Shown piece by piece: positions 60,801-64,000 of a stretch of 64,000 nt of DNA. Origin of the DNA: Lingula anatina (taxonomy: Eukaryota; Animalia; Brachiopoda); contig CM120643.1 in assembly GCA_051362555.1 (NCBI GenBank), positions 10,974,001 to 11,038,000 on the forward strand. The letters run 5' to 3'. The position numbers and the translations under genes are program-made. The first letter of the stretch is position 1; each line of letters begins with the position of its first letter. The notes beneath the pieces were generated by a model. That model was not told the DNA's origin and did not search any database. It was given only the letters and a program-made list of their open reading frames with translations.

Positions 60801-63330
60801 GCTGCCTTGTTAGTGTACCTACTGTATAATATAAAGTGAGCAGCAAAGTTGTCTTGGTAATTATGAGCATACTTCAGCAAGTACTTATTTTTTCAACTCA
60901 TTCAATACATATGAACTTTTGTGCTCAAGAGAAGCCACATTTAAATCTCAAAATTCATAAAAATAGGTCTGAAAAAGAATCTACATGTACATGCACATAT
61001 TTAACTGTATAAACATTACCAAAAAAAGGTCTTCAATTTACTAGTTCTTTACATTTTTACGAATTGAGTACAAAGGAAGCCTCTTGTAACATGTTATCCA
61101 GCATAAGTCAGTGTAAAAAACAATAAACTTCAGATCATTAAAGCTGCCATGAGTTTTCTTGCTTTTATTTCAAGTTGGGCAATCTGAAACCCATGTAATG
61201 GCCATTGGTTGTGAAACTTTCTTATTTTGGTCACTGCACAAGCAGGAATTGGGACCCTGCGGTGCTTACCCAAATAGCCCCAGCACCACCGCACCACTTG
61301 GCGATAAGCAATGTAACGATGCTTTCTGAAAGAATGTTATTTCAGAACATGAATTCTTACTCGGCCTGATTTGCTCCATGAGATTCAGGAATTGTACCAT
61401 ATTGTTGCCTGTGGTGTAAATGTGCAATTTCCAAGGCATGTGGATTCAAGCAGCCATGCCCAAATCCTGGGTGCATGATAATGCAATCAACACCGCCCTC
61501 CTCCGCCGTTTTTCACCTCTAGAATTTCATGGCAGCAGCGACTTTCTGCCTCTGTAGTCATAGCTGAACAATGACCACATTCACACCTGTAAAAAGCAAT
61601 GACACTGGTAAATAAAAATTACACCTTCCAATATATATTTTAGTATTTTCATCGTGCGGAAGCACTTCCTGATCTCCGACCTAGGGCTATAAGTCCTACA
61701 CAACATTTTTTTTTGGGGGGGGGGGAGGTTAACAGAGTGCAGTTTGAGCTACGATGGGGAACGGTGCTGATTAATCTTTCCGACTATGAACCCGAACTAA
61801 AATTCAATTTAACAGCGCAAATGCTCCTAGTGCAGCAGATCTCTAGTCTGGGGAAGTACAGATGCAAAACAGAGAAACTTGGACGAGAAAAGGAATGCAC
61901 TCTTTTCCAGTTAACTTTGGGTTTCACATCAATATGATCGGCATCTTGGCTCAAGTAATAATCATTTAGTTACCCAATAAAATCTTAACACATTGAAATT
62001 AAAAGCACCATTCCGGCATTAAAGAATAATAAAAACACTCACCACTGTATTCCCGACTCTAGTGTTAGAATATGCCTTCGTGTTAATTTTCATTCTCTCA
62101 GGGAGAGGCCCAACTTATAGGTACACTTTCATTGTAACTGTCATCCGAAAGCGAACTTTCCCGAGAGACTGAACCAGCATCCGAATAATCGTCAGAAATT
62201 TCAAATTCCGAATTGCTAGCGCCAGACGTAAAACGTGTCATTGATTAGTTTCCTTTGTTTTCCGGTGTGTACTCAGCTACCCCCGGAGATACATCAATAA
62301 AACGGGTAATATCATGTAATGTGATTGACTTAGGAGTTAAGTAAGTGTAAATATTGAATATTCAAAATGTTTTCTAATGATCCCAAAAAGTGACCCCCAT
62401 GCCTAAAACCTGCACTTTAATATTTCAGAGTGCCCCCAGGTAGGGGAGGTATACCCAGTGCAGAATGGGAACTGGAGTTGCTCGGGTTATAGGGATAACT
62501 GGTTCAAGACGAAGTGTACACTGGAGTGCCTGCCTGGCTTTGTGGTCCCTGTGGCAAATGTTACCATGGAAAATGTTACCGTGGAAACGGTTACGGTGAC
62601 ATGTGGAATACATTTGAACTGGACTGGTGTATCAGCAACAGCACCACAGTGTCTCCCAGTGCCTGGTAAGAGAGTGAGAGAGAGAGAGAGAGAGAGGGGG
62701 GGGAGGGGAGGGAGAGAGAGAAAAAGGGGTAGAGCAGGCAGACAAAAGGACGAAAGACGAGAGCGTGTTAGGGAGGGTGGGGAAAGAGGTACAGCTTGTA
62801 ACAATGTAATGAACATAAAATGTTCATGTTACTGAGACAACATTTTTGAAATAAAAATAAGCCAGAATAATGAAATGTTCTGAGAGTAAGAAGTGAAAGT
62901 ACAGTGAGGCAAAGAGTCAATTATTTTGTTCTGTAGCATAATTAAAAAATCATTATTAAAACTGTGGAATATCATTTACTAATATTATTACATGTACTGT
63001 ACTAGTAACCTTATAGTGCGTCATTTTCCTTAAACCGCTGTCCCCTCTACAGAAACAACTACACCACAGGCAGCCATAGTACCAGTGACCAGCACTGTGG
63101 AACAAAGCACAACTACGGTTCACAATGTGAATTTATCATTGCCAGTCGTCCTGAGTAATATTACCATGACAACTGGTACAAGTTACACAACTGAAGGTGG
63201 CAGCACTGGTACTAAAGATGGAGGTCACACGGTCCCAGTTTTTCCAATAGTTGGAGGTGAGTAAAGGGGAAGAATATGGTCTTGTGCATTGCATTTCTTC
63301 AAGTGCACCAGCTGAGTTTTATTGATTGAT

Positions 63331-63369
<39 letters not shown>

Positions 63370-63881
63370 TTATTATTTTTTTTTTATTAACAAGATCAAC
63401 TACAGAAGTTATTTGCCTCATGGTCAATGCAGGTGGGTTGAGAATGTTGTTGTTGTTGTTGTTGTTGTTTTTCTTTACTGTATAATGGTGTTTTGAATAA
63501 TGCATTGGCAAGAAGCAGAAGTGAAAAAATGAATTTGTCTGATTTACATGATACTTATTCATGCCTTTACAAGGTTTACTGCAGACCAGGCTGGGTAGAG
63601 GGTGCTAGAGAGATTATGTTTCAGAGAGGAAGATTAACACACAAATACATGCACAAATAAAAGTAAAGCTTTCTTATTTTTTTCATGTGACTGTCTACGC
63701 AATGATTTCATACAGACATACCTGAATATGAGTAAGATGTGTGTACTTATTTATCAATAATGTATTGCAGGTGTGTTAGGATCACTGATAGCCCTGATAG
63801 TCTTGGCAGTCCTAATTTATGTAGTACGGAGGAAATGTTGTTACTCTCCAAATAAGTGCTTCGAAAGGAACTATTCACTTG
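54841..63881 (+). CDS. Type I membrane receptor: signal peptide, TNFR-like Cys-rich module, Sushi/CCP domain, Thr-rich stalk, TM helix; 3'-partial
   Basis: Exons 54841-54861, 55103-55161, 55698-55876, 62429-62665, 63053-63256, 63771-63881, all GT-AG and phase-compatible. MKREMKRFLCVGLLCLGCVLA (signal); FDCPTYMYHKNGECHPCLLCKKY...VEQGC...LYCK; ECPQ...NGNWSC...KCTLECLPGF...VTCGIHLNWTG...PQC (CCP); Thr-rich stalk; IVGGVLGSLIALIVLAVLIYVV-RRK (TM and stop-transfer). The cytoplasmic tail continues beyond the window. Confidence 0.8.
56721..57066 (+). pseudogene. THAP-domain (C2CH) transposase N-terminus, frameshifted
   Basis: MVKKCVAQNCSNSKHTG /frameshift/ SLHWFPQKPNLQCQWVEFVQTKR...VLCGAHLEEDCF...LKEDAVPTL carries all THAP hallmarks (C-x4-C, HxFP, W, CxxH, AVPT). 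Confidence 0.85.
58309..60811. mobile_element. Helentron-associated non-autonomous element (HINE-like), family 1, copy 2, with internal duplication
   Basis: Same palindromic left end, microsatellite ((CGATGC)n variant) and right end (TGTCTGTACATTTGACAGCTTTGCTGCCTTGTT) as 30386-33729. The left block is repeated at ~59930. Internal ~170-180 bp and ~380 bp tandem units. ORF 58328-58969 is a by-product. Confidence 0.78.
61180..62241 (-). pseudogene. KolX / P2X7 C-terminal ballast-domain-like gene, degenerate, spliced
   Basis: Minus-strand exons ~62241-62043 (acidic N-terminus ending RVGNT), ~61586-61361 (CECGHCSAMTTEAESRCCHE...DCIIMHPGFGHGCLNPHALEIA) and ~61325-61180 (HRYIAYRQVVRWCWGYLGKHRRVPIPACAVTKIR...GHYMGF), with frameshifts. 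Confidence 0.8.
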
Positions 63882-64000
63882 GTAGGAAAATACTTTTGAT
63901 GAGAAAAACTTATATAGTTTATGCTTTTATTATGTAATTTTTTTACATGTTTATCAGTTATTTTAATTAATTGTTAATTTTTCTTTTCATTGACTGTTGC

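Larger units (their letters stand above)
56409..62416. mobile_element. Decayed Kolobok DNA transposon (THAP transposase remnant on +, convergent KolX gene on -)
   Basis: THAP domain at 56721-56990, transposase-like C-terminal remnant (KAVQQHVHRF) at ~58075-58220, KolX on the minus strand at 61180-62241, right end ...CCTGCACT|TTAA at 62416/62417. The left end (ATAA|AGGCGCTG at 56409) is uncertain. No DDE core is recognisable. Confidence 0.7.

Overview
AT-rich, intron-rich invertebrate animal genomic DNA (mollusc/lophotrochozoan-like; taxon is inferred, not provable here). Five protein-coding genes lie on the + strand, most invisible to the ORF track because they are spliced. (1) The 3' part of a giant C2H2 zinc-finger gene: one open frame over 1-5442 with 11 finger doublets plus a terminal finger. 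(2) A complete 19-exon mitochondrial arginyl-tRNA synthetase (RARS2, 12813-24683, 619 aa). (3) A two-coding-exon CS-alpha-beta defensin precursor (34052-34679, 67 aa). (4) A complete 9-exon SLC43A3-like MFS transporter (41367-50758, 581 aa). (5) The 5' part of a type I membrane receptor with signal peptide, TNFR-like Cys-rich module, Sushi/CCP domain, Thr-rich stalk and TM helix (54841 to beyond 63881). Introns and spacers are packed with mobile DNA: a decayed Kolobok element (THAP transposase plus convergent KolX/P2X7-ballast-like gene), Helentron-type non-autonomous elements carrying satellite arrays, several MITE families, LINE and Penelope fragments, a tRNA-SINE head, a tRNA-Asn pseudogene and minisatellites. 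The most interesting items are the hidden defensin and the TNFR-like/Sushi receptor, both with NF-kB-like sites nearby. All gene models were assembled by eye from GT-AG signals and frame continuity; no database search was run.
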